A DNA stretch of 64,000 nucleotides, from assembly GCA_027050205.1 (NCBI GenBank), contig JALUCS010000083.1:41464-105463 (forward strand), read 5' to 3'. Each line of letters begins with the position of its first letter. Position 1 is the first letter of the stretch. Of this stretch, positions 20,400 to 30,566 are shown piece by piece. The position numbers and the translations under genes are program-made. Origin of the DNA: a candidate division WOR-3 bacterium (lineage in GTDB: Bacteria > Hydrothermota > Hydrothermia > LBFQ01). The notes beneath the pieces were generated by a model. It was not told where the DNA came from and ran no database searches. It saw nothing but the letters and a program-made list of their open reading frames with translations.

Positions 20400-21131
20400 T
20401 CACCGGATTAGGTGGAGGAGGCCCCTCTTTATGAGCCTCCTTACCAGTTCCGGGGTTTGAGGGTCGGCCGGATAACCGCTCGCCGGGGGTATGTCCCCCT
20501 CCAGACCGACCGCCCTGTTTACGGCCAGCATATGGACCTCCCTGAAGTACTTGGCGAAGATGGAAGCCAGGGCGACCTCCTTCCACTTAACGTCCGCCCC
20601 CTTTACGAACCTTATCTCCTGCTCCCCCTTCCTGTAGGATACTCCCCCATCCTCCGGGAACCTCTCCCATCCGGGGAGGAAACGGCCGTAGTACTTCACC
20701 CCTCCCGCGAGGCCGCTTATCACCCTCTTGCATCCCAGGCGGAGGGCTACGTCGGCGAGGGCGGAGGCATCCTTCAAAAAGCGATGGCTACGGAGGTGGT
20801 TGGCGGGTATCTCCACGGCCACCAACCTATGCACCTTGAAGGGAAGGTTGCCAACGGTGGCGGAGAAGACGGGGAGGGTTAGACCCTCGTATAGATCCGA
20901 CGTCCTCCCGAACACCCAACGCCACATATCCATAACCGTGTCGCCCCGGAAACCGAGTCCCCGGAGGGCGGACAGGACTACACCTTCGGCCCTTGAGTAG
21001 GTCCTAAGGCTCCTCCTAAAGACCTCCTTGCTGTCCCTTACGTCCCTTAGCTCCCCGGAGACCGCTACCCCCACGACAAAAAGGGACCCGACCTTCGGGC
21101 CGAGGCCAGCCTCGTCTATGCCGCACCTCAT
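20400..21131 (-). CDS. RNase HII-like protein (divergent)
   Basis: GIDEAGLGP, RDSK, KGAD, ASIFAKYFRE, SGYPADP. Confidence 0.7.
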   Translation of the reverse strand: MRCGIDEAGLGPKVGSLFVVGVAVSGELRDVRDSKEVFRRSLRTYSRAEGVVLSALRGLGFRGDTVMDMWRWVFGRTSDLYEGLTLPVFSATVGNLPFKVHRLVAVEIPANHLRSHRFLKDASALADVALRLGCKRVISGLAGGVKYYGRFLPGWERFPEDGGVSYRKGEQEIRFVKGADVKWKEVALASIFAKYFREVHMLAVNRAVGLEGDIPPASGYPADPQTPELVRRLIKRGLLHLIR

Positions 21132-22018
21132 AGGAAGTCGCCGATGTCGGGTTTGACGTACTCTTCTACCCCCCTCTCAAACTCCTCCATTACCTGTCTC
21201 CACTCCGCCCGGTTTATGACCTTGGCCTCCGCCCACGAACCGTAGATCTGCCCTGCGTGAAAGGCCATACCCACTCCGAGGGAGGCCAGGGCCGGGACGT
21301 CCCTATGCTCCTTGAAGTGGTAGTACGAGGCCAGGGCGTAGAAACCCCCGACGAACAGGAACCCCATAAAGGCCGTCCCCTTGTCTCCGATGTACAGCCT
21401 CCCCAGACCGGGGATAATGGACAGGAGAGCAGCCACCGTAGGGGACTTGAGGTTCGGGGGTTGCAGGTAGGACTCAAGGGGCGTTCCGACGATGACTTTC
21501 CTTGCCCCCTTCCAATCCCCCTTGCCCAACTTCATCCACGCTATCAGGACCCTCCTCTGAAGAGACTTACGGGGCATCTCGGACAGCTCGGAGTAGAAGG
21601 CTACGGTATCCCCGAGGTAGAGGTACAGTTTTGCCAACTCGTAGTGCGCCCAAACCTGTCCTTTCCGTCCCTCCTCTATGTGCCGCTTCAGAAGTTTTTC
21701 CGCTGACTCGTACATACCGGCTAACTTGTAGTTGTAGCCCGCCATAAAGTGGGCGTAGTCGGCGCTATCACTGTTCGGGAAGAGGGTAACGAACCGGAGG
21801 TACTCCACGGCCGCCTCCCTGTACTTTCCCCTCCTCTGTAGGTCCTCGGCGAAGGATAGGACCTCCTTGGCCCGTACCACCTTGACCTCCCTCTCCATCT
21901 CCTTGAGCATCCGCTCTATCTCCTCCGGAGGAAGCTGGTCGCAGGTACAGGGTTGGAGGCTGTCCGCCGTTCCGCTCTGCCCTCCGGAAGCCTCTAAAAG
22001 GAGTGTCAGGAGAAACAT
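21128..22018 (-). CDS. TPR protein with C-terminal TM2-like membrane segment
   Basis: BamD/YbgF-like TPR (FVTLFPNSDSADYAHF); KSPTVAALLSIIPGLGRLYIG. Confidence 0.65.
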   Translation of the reverse strand: MFLLTLLLEASGGQSGTADSLQPCTCDQLPPEEIERMLKEMEREVKVVRAKEVLSFAEDLQRRGKYREAAVEYLRFVTLFPNSDSADYAHFMAGYNYKLAGMYESAEKLLKRHIEEGRKGQVWAHYELAKLYLYLGDTVAFYSELSEMPRKSLQRRVLIAWMKLGKGDWKGARKVIVGTPLESYLQPPNLKSPTVAALLSIIPGLGRLYIGDKGTAFMGFLFVGGFYALASYYHFKEHRDVPALASLGVGMAFHAGQIYGSWAEAKVINRAEWRQVMEEFERGVEEYVKPDIGDFL

Positions 22019-22022
22019 GAGG

Positions 22023-23213
22023 CTATTTTACCCCAGAAAGGCTGTCCTTGACGATGTCGACGATCGTCTGGAGGGTACCGGGTAGGGCGGATTCCACCCT
22101 CTCCCACACGGGCAGGCGGGGGGACGGGTTGGTGTTCTCGGCGAACTCCTTGAAGGCGTCGTCTATGCACCCGGAGAAGAGTTCTATGTAGCGGAACTCC
22201 CTGTGGATGTTGAACTCCAGGCCGTTCAGGAGGGCTACGGCTTCGTAGGTTTCAACGTAATCCTTGGCCGTGGTCACGTAGGTTTGCTTTATAGTGCGCT
22301 CTATACCGGAGGTGAAGATCACTCCCCTTGAGGAAAGCTCCACGAGGAAGGTCTTGAAGATGTCCGTCACCATCCGGCGGAGGTCGTCCCCAGGGCGGTG
22401 CTTGTGGTCGTACCTGTGGGCTATCTGTACCTGCACCATGTCCCCTATACGCATCGTGCGGTAGGCCTCGGCGAGTATGCTAACCTCCATCCCCCAGTCG
22501 GAGGGGATGCGGAGCTTCTGGAAGACCCCGACGTACCCTGCCATCTCGCCGGATAGGGGATATCGGAAGTCGCCCATGTACTCAAGGAAGGGGTCGTAGC
22601 CGAAGATGATCTTCAGCGCCCGGATTATGGGGAAGTAGAACAGGCGAACTACCCTCCCGTAGAGTCTCTTACCGTAGCGGGCATAGAAACCCTTAGCGAA
22701 ACGGTAGTTCAGACGGGCTATAGGGTAGGCCAGAAGCAGGGGCATCTCGGCCGTATAGGTCTTTATGTCGGCGTCGTGTAGGACGAGTATGTCCGTCTCC
22801 CCCTCACCGACCACGTACCCTATCCCCGTCCATACGGCTGTCCCCTTCCCCCTCCTCCCAAGGGAGAACTCCCGACCTATCGTCTGCCTTACCTCCCTCA
22901 AGTAGGGGTTGTCGTTCCATATTACCGTACCCTTACCTCTCAAGATGTCCCTGGTTATCCGTAGGGCCGTCTTGAACTCCTCGTGGGTGGCCCTATCCAA
23001 AACGATATAGACCCTGTGTATTCCTTCCGTACTCGCCAAAGTTCCGAGGATATACATCATCTCCTCGGTTGAGAAGTCCGAGTACAGGGCGGGTATTAAA
23101 ACCCCCACTTTCTTTCCCGTCTGCTCAATCTCGGAGGAGAGTACGTCCGCGTTCCGCTTTCCGGGACGGAGGTACGGAATCGTGGGAACGAGGTTCTGAT
23201 GCAGATCAGCCAT
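22023..23213 (-). CDS. gpgS: Glucosyl-3-phosphoglycerate synthase-like glycosyltransferase
   Basis: GKGTAVW, HDADI, KGFYAR, LYGRVVRLF, FRYPLSGE, DWGMEV, YDHKH. Confidence 0.72.
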   Translation of the reverse strand: MADLHQNLVPTIPYLRPGKRNADVLSSEIEQTGKKVGVLIPALYSDFSTEEMMYILGTLASTEGIHRVYIVLDRATHEEFKTALRITRDILRGKGTVIWNDNPYLREVRQTIGREFSLGRRGKGTAVWTGIGYVVGEGETDILVLHDADIKTYTAEMPLLLAYPIARLNYRFAKGFYARYGKRLYGRVVRLFYFPIIRALKIIFGYDPFLEYMGDFRYPLSGEMAGYVGVFQKLRIPSDWGMEVSILAEAYRTMRIGDMVQVQIAHRYDHKHRPGDDLRRMVTDIFKTFLVELSSRGVIFTSGIERTIKQTYVTTAKDYVETYEAVALLNGLEFNIHREFRYIELFSGCIDDAFKEFAENTNPSPRLPVWERVESALPGTLQTIVDIVKDSLSGVK

Positions 23214-23324
23214 ACGAAAAAATTGTAAAGGTGAAGGTGGAGAGTTAGAGCCTCTTTTGGACGCCTCTTTTCATAAAGGAGATTGAACGAATAGAATAAG
23301 CGGTCGTATAATCCCTTCCTCATA

Positions 23325-23942
23325 ATGCTCGGAAGGCTTTACGTTATTCTGGATGACACTTACCTAACCCCAAGGGATATCCCCAAGGTAGCCCAGAAGG
23401 TCCTGAAAGGTGGGGCGGACGTCCTCCAGATAAGGAGTAAGAGGTGGTCTAGAGAGGTACTGTTAAAGGTGGCGGACGAGGTGTATTCTCTCACTAAGGA
23501 TTACGGAGTTCCCTTGATAATAAACGATTATCCCGATATTGCCGTTAGGTACGACGGTGTGCATGTAGGGGCGGAAGACACCCCTTACTCCATCGCGAGG
23601 GAGATCCTCGGTAAGGACAGGATAGTGGGTGTGTCCTGCTACGGCTCGCTTGAGACGGCCGTACGGATGCAGGAGGAAGGTGCCGATTACGTCGCCCTCT
23701 CATCCCCCTACCCCTCACCCACCAAGCCGGAAAAGGACATCGCTCCGCTGCGGCTCCTTAGGGAGGCCTCGCAGGTCCTCCGAATACCCTTCTACGTCAT
23801 AGGGGGGATAGACGAAAATAGGGCGAAGGAGGTAGTGAGAGCGGGAGCGTACGGTGTGGCCGTGGTTAGCGCCATCCTGAAGGCGGAGGACCCGGAAGAG
23901 GCCACGAGGAGGTTGAGGGATGCGGTATATTCTTCCGCTTAG
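23325..23942 (+). CDS. thiE: Thiamine-phosphate synthase
   Basis: LQIRSK, LIIND, DGVHVGAED, SPTKP, IGGID, VAVVSAI. Confidence 0.92.
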   Translation: MLGRLYVILDDTYLTPRDIPKVAQKVLKGGADVLQIRSKRWSREVLLKVADEVYSLTKDYGVPLIINDYPDIAVRYDGVHVGAEDTPYSIAREILGKDRIVGVSCYGSLETAVRMQEEGADYVALSSPYPSPTKPEKDIAPLRLLREASQVLRIPFYVIGGIDENRAKEVVRAGAYGVAVVSAILKAEDPEEATRRLRDAVYSSA

Positions 23943-24654
23943 CCTCCTCCTGACGTCCTGCTCCCTCCCTTTCCTACACAGGAAACCTCCCCCTTACGAG
24001 AGGGTGGTAGTTGTGGTCTCCTATGATGGGAAGGGGCTGTCGGCCATCTCCCCCGATACGGCGGCCGGTATGGTACGGATATCCTTGATGGGGGATAGGG
24101 GAAGGAGCGACTTCCGCCTCACCAAGAGGGTGCATTTCGGTAAGTACGACGAGAATACGGGGTCCTACGTGATGGATCCGAAGATGGTGGCCATTCTGGA
24201 GGCCAACGTAGGTAAGGAAGTCTCAAGGGTGAGGCTGCGGGTGGAGAGGATGGTTAAGGCCCTTAAGGTTCCGGGTGATGTGCGTATAGTTGAGCCTTCC
24301 TCCAACCTCCCCGACTGGGGAGAGGTATCCATTAGGTGGGAGGGGAGGGCCAGAAGGTACCTGCTCCGCCTGTACGCCTTTACTATGATGGATCAGAAGG
24401 ACGAGATCGTACTTGCGGACAGCACCCACTACGTGTTTGACCTTGGGAACTTCTACGGGGACGGTTTTTTGAGCGTAGCCGTCTGCCCGATAGAGGGGAG
24501 CGACCCACGGAAGAGGGAGAGGATCAAGGTCTATGCCCTCGGTCGGTGCGTCAGTAGGACCATCTTAGTAGGGGATACGTCGGTATGGGAGGGTGAGATG
24601 CCGGAGCCTCCGTGGAACGAGGACGACCTCCTCTGGTACCTCCTTATGATGTGA
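23920..24654 (+). CDS. Hypothetical lipoprotein
   Basis: Lipobox LLTS|C at N-terminus; typical codon usage. Confidence 0.6.
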   Translation: MRYILPLSLLLTSCSLPFLHRKPPPYERVVVVVSYDGKGLSAISPDTAAGMVRISLMGDRGRSDFRLTKRVHFGKYDENTGSYVMDPKMVAILEANVGKEVSRVRLRVERMVKALKVPGDVRIVEPSSNLPDWGEVSIRWEGRARRYLLRLYAFTMMDQKDEIVLADSTHYVFDLGNFYGDGFLSVAVCPIEGSDPRKRERIKVYALGRCVSRTILVGDTSVWEGEMPEPPWNEDDLLWYLLMM

Positions 24655-25720
24655 GCCTGTCCCTGCTGATCAGGACCCTGTCCATCCAGAAGGCCATTGC
24701 CAGAGCCATCCAGGCGACGGACCACCTCATAAACACCCTCCTGTCCTTCGGTCCGTTATAGACCTCCCCCTTCGGTCCCACCAAAGTACGGCAGGCGTAC
24801 TCTACCAGGTTCCGGGCCTCCTCGCCGAAGAGCTTTAGGGTGATTATGGCGGCGGCGACATCGTGGGCGTCGTGGGACCCCCTACCCAGACGGTTTATGG
24901 GGAGGCCTTCGGCGTTGAAGAGGTTGCCTATGTAGAAGCGGAATCCCCTAACTATCGCCTCCTCCCACCTGTCCGTTCGCAGCAACTCGGACGCCCACCT
25001 AAGGCCCCACAGGTTGTATGCCGTGTGGATGTGGTCCACGTAGGCCATACGACGGCTTCCGAGGCCGTAGACCCAGGAACCGTCCTCCCGTTGGTAGTGG
25101 GCGAGGGTGTCTCCTATCCGGCGGAGTACCTCCCTACTCCCCCCGGCCACGGCCTGGGCGACCGCCCCCAGGATAGAGGCGTTGAATATGCGGTACCTGT
25201 CCAAGGGTGTGTAGCTCATCCACAGGTTTCCCCTCTCGTCCTCAAAGGTGTTGAGAACCCTCTCGTAGAAAGGAAGGAAGACGGAGAGGTCTATATTCCA
25301 TCCGAACCTACGGTTGGCCTCGTTTAGGGCGAAGACGGCGAAGGAGGTCGCTATGACGTTGGGGGTAAAGGCGGGTACGTAGAAGATGCTGCTCTGCCAA
25401 TCAAAGTTGTAGCCGAAGGCTATTCCCCCCTCCACCTCTGTACGGTACCGCATAAGGGTACCGTGGGCTTTCCGCGCCCTCTCCTCGTCCCCGGCCAAGG
25501 TGTAGGTCCAGAGGAACAGAGCCAGACCCTTGGGATTGTGGGATGGGGGAACGAGGAGCAACCTCCTGACCCATATCGGGGAACGCTTCAAAAGCTGTTG
25601 AAAGAGAAGCCGGTAGAGGGGAACCGGTAGGCGCCCCAAGGGGGAGAGGAGACCGTCGTAGGGGTCGTACCCCCTCCACCCCTCCCCCTCGGCGTAAGAG
25701 AGTATCTTATCCAAGCACAA
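24644..25720 (-). CDS. Conserved protein, probable (alpha/alpha)6-barrel, glycan-locus associated
   Basis: GYDPYDGL, NPKGLALF, GYNFDWQS, TPNVIAT, YVDHIHTAY motifs recalled from polysaccharide-locus proteins; family not confirmed. Confidence 0.55.
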   Translation of the reverse strand: MCLDKILSYAEGEGWRGYDPYDGLLSPLGRLPVPLYRLLFQQLLKRSPIWVRRLLLVPPSHNPKGLALFLWTYTLAGDEERARKAHGTLMRYRTEVEGGIAFGYNFDWQSSIFYVPAFTPNVIATSFAVFALNEANRRFGWNIDLSVFLPFYERVLNTFEDERGNLWMSYTPLDRYRIFNASILGAVAQAVAGGSREVLRRIGDTLAHYQREDGSWVYGLGSRRMAYVDHIHTAYNLWGLRWASELLRTDRWEEAIVRGFRFYIGNLFNAEGLPINRLGRGSHDAHDVAAAIITLKLFGEEARNLVEYACRTLVGPKGEVYNGPKDRRVFMRWSVAWMALAMAFWMDRVLISRDRLTS

Positions 25721-25723
25721 CGT

Positions 25724-27004
25724 TCAGTCTATCCTCTTCCACTTCCTCCAGGCCTTCTTCCTCCACTGCTTTACCCTGTTCAACTGTTTTTGGGCGTAGG
25801 ACTTGATGGCTCCGCTACCGAGGAGGGCTGCCTGCTGGTACGCGGCGATGGCGCTGTCAAACGCAGAGACGGCCTCCTCGTACTTCTTCTTCTTGTAGAG
25901 GGCTATGGCCCTCCTCTGCCTTATATCCCCCAGTAAGGCCCACGCGGGCGCCCTGTACCTGGGGTCTATCTCCTTGTCGGTGGCTACCTCCCTCGCCAAC
26001 TTCTCGGCCTTGGCCGTGTTCCCGATGTCGTCGTAGAGGTACGCTATCCGCACCTTTAGGGCCTTGAAGTTGGGGTTCAGCTCCAGCGCCTTCTCGTAGT
26101 CGGCTATGGCCTCCTTCTTCTTACCTACCTTCTCGTAGATTTTCCCCCGCTTTACGTAGTACTTGGCCTTCTCCGAACTGTCGGCCAGCTCTATCAGTTC
26201 CGTGGCGTACGGGATGGCCCTGTTGAGGTCCACGTCGGCTCCGGCCTTTTTGGCCTTCAGATACGCATCTACTATAGTCTTTAGAAGTTTCACCATCCTC
26301 TTCTTATCCTTCTCCTCGCTCATTCCCTCCTTCTTCGTAAGCTCGTAGGCCTTCTCAAGGTACTTCAGGGCCTCCGCGTACTTGCCCTGGTCAAACAGGA
26401 AGTCGCCGTAGGATCTATTAAGGGCGGCGTTGTCGGGTTTGCGGGATAGGGCCTCCGTGTAGAGCTTCTCGGCTTCGTCCAACTTCCCGGCCTTCTCGTA
26501 CACCTTGGCGAGGCCAAAGAGGATGTCAGGGTTGTCGGGGGACAGCTCCAGGGCCTTCTTGTAGAACTCCTCCCCCTTGACGTAGTCCTCCTTGACTATG
26601 CCGTAGAGCCAACCGAGTCCCTGCCATCCCCTCGGATCCGTTGAGTCTATCTCTATGACGTGCCTGTAGTAAAACTCGGCGGAGTCTAACTGCCCGTTCT
26701 TCAGGAGGGCGTAGGCGAGGTCTAAGGATATGTTCTTCCTTAGGGTGTCCAAGGTGCCGGTGGTGTCCTTCGCAAGGGTGTAGCCGTAGGCCTTCTTCAG
26801 CTCCTTTATGGCGGTCTCGTAGCTGGCCCTACCGTCCAGGGCCTTGAGGAGGTCGTCCTTGCCAACGGAGTACCAGACGCGGGCGGAGTCTATACGCTGC
26901 TCAAGGGTTAGCTTCGGTCCTTCCTCCTGTAGGGTGACGCAGGAGGTATGCGTAAACGCCACCGTTATAGCCGCCACTCCTCCCAAGATTAAGTACCTCT
27001 TCAT
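25724..27004 (-). CDS. Exported multi-TPR protein (possible lipoprotein)
   Basis: Signal-like N-terminus with HTS|C; repeated A..Y.KALEL.P TPR units. Confidence 0.8.
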   Translation of the reverse strand: MKRYLILGGVAAITVAFTHTSCVTLQEEGPKLTLEQRIDSARVWYSVGKDDLLKALDGRASYETAIKELKKAYGYTLAKDTTGTLDTLRKNISLDLAYALLKNGQLDSAEFYYRHVIEIDSTDPRGWQGLGWLYGIVKEDYVKGEEFYKKALELSPDNPDILFGLAKVYEKAGKLDEAEKLYTEALSRKPDNAALNRSYGDFLFDQGKYAEALKYLEKAYELTKKEGMSEEKDKKRMVKLLKTIVDAYLKAKKAGADVDLNRAIPYATELIELADSSEKAKYYVKRGKIYEKVGKKKEAIADYEKALELNPNFKALKVRIAYLYDDIGNTAKAEKLAREVATDKEIDPRYRAPAWALLGDIRQRRAIALYKKKKYEEAVSAFDSAIAAYQQAALLGSGAIKSYAQKQLNRVKQWRKKAWRKWKRID

Positions 27005-27129
27005 GGTGGGCTATTATACTGGGGAAGGCGAGGCGTACGCTAAGGCCAAAAGCCAACGTCCCGGTGAGGTTCGGAAAGATGGGTTTTATGCTGATAGAGG
27101 GATACGATAGTGCATTGTTTCACCCGCAT

Positions 27130-27201
27130 CTTCAAAAACCGAAAGCGAGGCTTTAAGAAACCGAAACTTACCCTTTAATAAGCCACAAATCGTACTTTAA
27201 G
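27130..27201 (+). repeat. Dispersed CTTYAA-phased repeat, copy 2
   Basis: CTTYAA at 27130/27151/27173/27195; 61/72 identical to copy at 38128. Confidence 0.85.
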
Positions 27202-27937
27202 TAATCCTATTAACGAGGATAGAAAAATCGGCAAGGTCCGGTATCTATGGGATTGATGGGAGCGCGAAGTTTTACCGCAATGCTGGACTTGAATACAGGT
27301 CATTTCCAAAATTTTAAAACCATATTTTTTTAACATCATTCGGATCCACCGAACGGTATTGAGCCATCTATCGTTTTCATTTGAAGGCGTTGGACACAAG
27401 GCATCATTTCATAAGCGTAATACTAACCCGAACTCTTCAATTATACTCCATTAGAATACGGAAGGTGGATTTTTGTAGGGTTTGCTTGGAATGGATTACA
27501 TACGAAGCGGGTACAATCCCTCATCAGACCTAATATTACGTCCGATTCTACTCCCCATAAAACCACAATGAATGACTTACATCCTTCACAATTTTGGTGC
27601 TTTACGAAGAGAACCGTGGGAATTCTTGGAGTCCCCATGGATTAACGGAGGAGTTCAGGTACTAACGGATTTTGAACGGCATCGTGTGCGGCTCACTTAG
27701 GAAGACTGAAACCGGGTTCCACGAGGTACAACCGTTTTGGTACCTGCGATACGGGAAACCTTATGCCTACGGTCCATCGGAGGTCGCACCACTACACCGC
27801 CCTACGATCAGAAGGAGGAAACGCTCGGACAAACAACGGTAAGACCCTAGGAGTTCAAAAGGCGTAGGTGTCGGTTCAACAGGGTAGGTTTAACCTCCCA
27901 CCTTGACCGTCCAACCTCCCTTTTAACATCACCGATT

Positions 27938-29221
27938 ATGAGGAAGATGAGCGTTATAGCCCTCGTGATATGGGGAACGCCGCTCTACGGCACCGGTTTC
28001 GTAGGTGTTGGACACAGCAACAACTGGAGGACCTACGTCGCCCCTTCCCCTGACAGTGGGGCTGTGGTGTGCGCCGGGTACAGGGTCTTCAAGGTCAACC
28101 CCTCCGGAAGCGTAGCCTGGGCGAGGTCCCTTTCCAACTACTGTGAGGGCGTCTTCACCTATGCCAGCGGGTACGTGGTGGTGGACGGGTACGGCAGCGA
28201 CGTACACATCCATTCCCTGGCCGCCGACGGCTCCGAGCAGTGGGGCTACTCCTACACCCTCCCCGGCGACTACAACAACGTACGAAAGATGGTAAGCTCC
28301 GGTGGGAACCTGATATTCCTGTTTGAGAGCTATCTGTCCTCCGTCTATTACCCCCTACTGCTCTCCCTTACCACGAGCGGGAACGTGAACTGGGCCAAAA
28401 GCTACGACGTTCCGGGACTCATCAATACGTTCGTCCCGTACGACGGCGGGTACATAATAAGCCTTCTGGATACGACCTATAACCGCGACCTCGTCCTCAT
28501 AAAGACGGACGCCTCCGGAAACGTCTCCCTGGCCAGAACCATGGGGGCATACGCCAGCGTAGGTGGAAGTATTACGGTGGGGATGGTCGTCATAGGTGGG
28601 GACCTCTTCGTATCCTCGGACTACAACCTGTTAAAACTGGACAACTCCCTGAACGTCATATGGGCAAAGCGGGAAGGCTCGTACTACCTCGCCAGAATTG
28701 AGGCGAGCGAAGGCGAAAACCTCTACATGGCCGGCGACTGGGACGAGATATTCAAGATAGACACGTCCGGCAACGTCATCTGGTCAAGGGAGTACGCCTC
28801 ATCTCTGAACATATCCTTCCACGGTATGGTCCTCTCAGGTGGAAGGCTCTACGCAGTTGGAGACGCCGACGCCCTTACGGACAGCATAGCAGTTGTGAGC
28901 GTAAGGACGGATGGGTCCCTTCCGTGCGCCTCCCATTACAACCTATCCTTCGTCACCTCGTCCGTTTCCCCCTCAAACATAACCGTCTCTGCCCAGAGCC
29001 GGAGCGTCAGCAAAGGCCCGTCCGTTTCCACCGGCTCCGCATCCTACACCCTCAACCTCCGTTGCGTTTCTACCGACGTCAGGGAAGCGTCCGGGAATAT
29101 CTGTGGCGGTGGCGGGGAGGTTTACGACGCATCCGGACGGAGGTACGACAGGGTACCCGATAGGCCGGGTGTGTACTTCATAAAGACGCCTGAAGGAGCG
29201 AAGAAGGTCATAAGGAGGTGA
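27938..29221 (+). CDS. Secreted beta-propeller-like protein with minimal T9SS-like C-terminal domain
   Basis: Sec signal; repeated K.D.SGN..WA(K/R) blades; C-terminus YDASGRR..PGVYFIK..KKVIRR. Confidence 0.75.
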   Translation: MRKMSVIALVIWGTPLYGTGFVGVGHSNNWRTYVAPSPDSGAVVCAGYRVFKVNPSGSVAWARSLSNYCEGVFTYASGYVVVDGYGSDVHIHSLAADGSEQWGYSYTLPGDYNNVRKMVSSGGNLIFLFESYLSSVYYPLLLSLTTSGNVNWAKSYDVPGLINTFVPYDGGYIISLLDTTYNRDLVLIKTDASGNVSLARTMGAYASVGGSITVGMVVIGGDLFVSSDYNLLKLDNSLNVIWAKREGSYYLARIEASEGENLYMAGDWDEIFKIDTSGNVIWSREYASSLNISFHGMVLSGGRLYAVGDADALTDSIAVVSVRTDGSLPCASHYNLSFVTSSVSPSNITVSAQSRSVSKGPSVSTGSASYTLNLRCVSTDVREASGNICGGGGEVYDASGRRYDRVPDRPGVYFIKTPEGAKKVIRR

Positions 29222-29224
29222 AGG

Positions 29225-30505
29225 ATGCTGTTTTTCCTTACGGCCACTTTTGTAAAGGGACTGCGGTACTCCGATATGTCCTGGAAGAGCATATTGACGC
29301 CGGCGAGGGACAGCGGCGTTGTCCTGTCCGTAGGCTTCGGGTACGCCAAACTGACCCCATCCGGCAGTGTCGTATGGGCGAAATCCGTCCCCACCTGGAG
29401 GCTGGACTACATCGGGACGTACCCCGGAGGCTACTTCTTCACACAGGACGGGAGCGGATTTATTCTATCACTGATAGACGAAAACGGGAACATAGTGCGC
29501 TCCTTCACCTACTCCTACCCTTCCTTCTGCGGGACCAACGTTCAGGACGTCGCATGGGACGGTGATGGCTTCGTCTTCCTCCTAAAATCCTGTTTTAGCG
29601 ACCTCTCCGCCTACAGGCCGGCCCTCGTAAAGATAGACACCCTCGGGAACGTAATGTGGGCGAAGAGGTACCCTTCCCTCGGTCCCCAAACCGACGCCCT
29701 CGTAAAGGTTGGGGGCAGGCTCTTCGTAGCAGCGACGGATACGAGCGATACGGTGATAATATTTGCGATGGACGGAAACGGAGACCCCCTGTGGGCGAAG
29801 AAGATGGGTTTTATGCGACAGATGTCCTACTGGGGGTGGAGGGTTATGCGACTTGAGAGGATAGGGACGGACGTCCTGTTCTACCTGCGGACAGGTTCGG
29901 AGCCTCTTGTGCGCCTTGACACGCTCGGGAACGTCGTATGGGACAGGCGTCTGCTCTACATGAACGGCTACGACCTCCTGGTCCTCGGTGGTCACATATA
30001 CGTAGGTGGATGGGAGAACGTTGTAAAGATGGACAGCGCCGGAAACCTCATATGGAAGAAGAAGTACGCCACGGAGTGGGTGGCGAGCATCTACGACATA
30101 ACCTTCGCCGACGGCCACATCTACGCCTACGCGGACCCGAACTTCGCGGCGGACACCTTACTTCTCATAAAGATTGACACGGCGACCGGCTACGCCCCCT
30201 GCTCACGGGACGCCTCCGTCTCCGCCTACGATACCACCTTCTCCATCTCAAGCATCACGCCACCCGCAGCCGAAAACCTGACCCTTTCCAGATCCTCCGG
30301 GGAGACGGCCGGCAGCGCCACGGTTGCCGTATTCAACGGGTGTATCTCTACCGATATATCCGAGGGTGAAACACCCGTTCCGTGCGAGAGCAAGAAAGAG
30401 ATATACGACGCCTCCGGCCGAAGGTACAGGCAACTTCCCGACAGGCCCGGAATATACTTCATAAGGGTACGGGGAAGGGTGCGGAGGGTGATTAGGGTCC
30501 GATGA
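29225..30505 (+). CDS. Paralogous secreted beta-propeller-like protein with minimal T9SS-like CTD
   Basis: Same blade repeats (KIDTLGNVMWAK); YDASGRR..PGIYFIR..RRVIRVR; SD AGGAGGTGA. Confidence 0.75.
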   Translation: MLFFLTATFVKGLRYSDMSWKSILTPARDSGVVLSVGFGYAKLTPSGSVVWAKSVPTWRLDYIGTYPGGYFFTQDGSGFILSLIDENGNIVRSFTYSYPSFCGTNVQDVAWDGDGFVFLLKSCFSDLSAYRPALVKIDTLGNVMWAKRYPSLGPQTDALVKVGGRLFVAATDTSDTVIIFAMDGNGDPLWAKKMGFMRQMSYWGWRVMRLERIGTDVLFYLRTGSEPLVRLDTLGNVVWDRRLLYMNGYDLLVLGGHIYVGGWENVVKMDSAGNLIWKKKYATEWVASIYDITFADGHIYAYADPNFAADTLLLIKIDTATGYAPCSRDASVSAYDTTFSISSITPPAAENLTLSRSSGETAGSATVAVFNGCISTDISEGETPVPCESKKEIYDASGRRYRQLPDRPGIYFIRVRGRVRRVIRVR

Positions 30506-30566
30506 GGGAGACAGGGCCATTGGGGCGGCTTGACCTCCCTTGGGCGACGGGTGTAAAATACTCCGT

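Noticed and set aside
23230..23325. TPP riboswitch upstream of thiE
   Set aside because: No GCTGAGA or CCTGA..AATAC..GCGxAGGGA core; region is a short divergent promoter
27130..27216. Possible CRISPR array (periodic CTTYAA)
   Set aside because: Only 6-nt conserved units with about 16-nt gaps that are themselves conserved between dispersed copies; no cas genes
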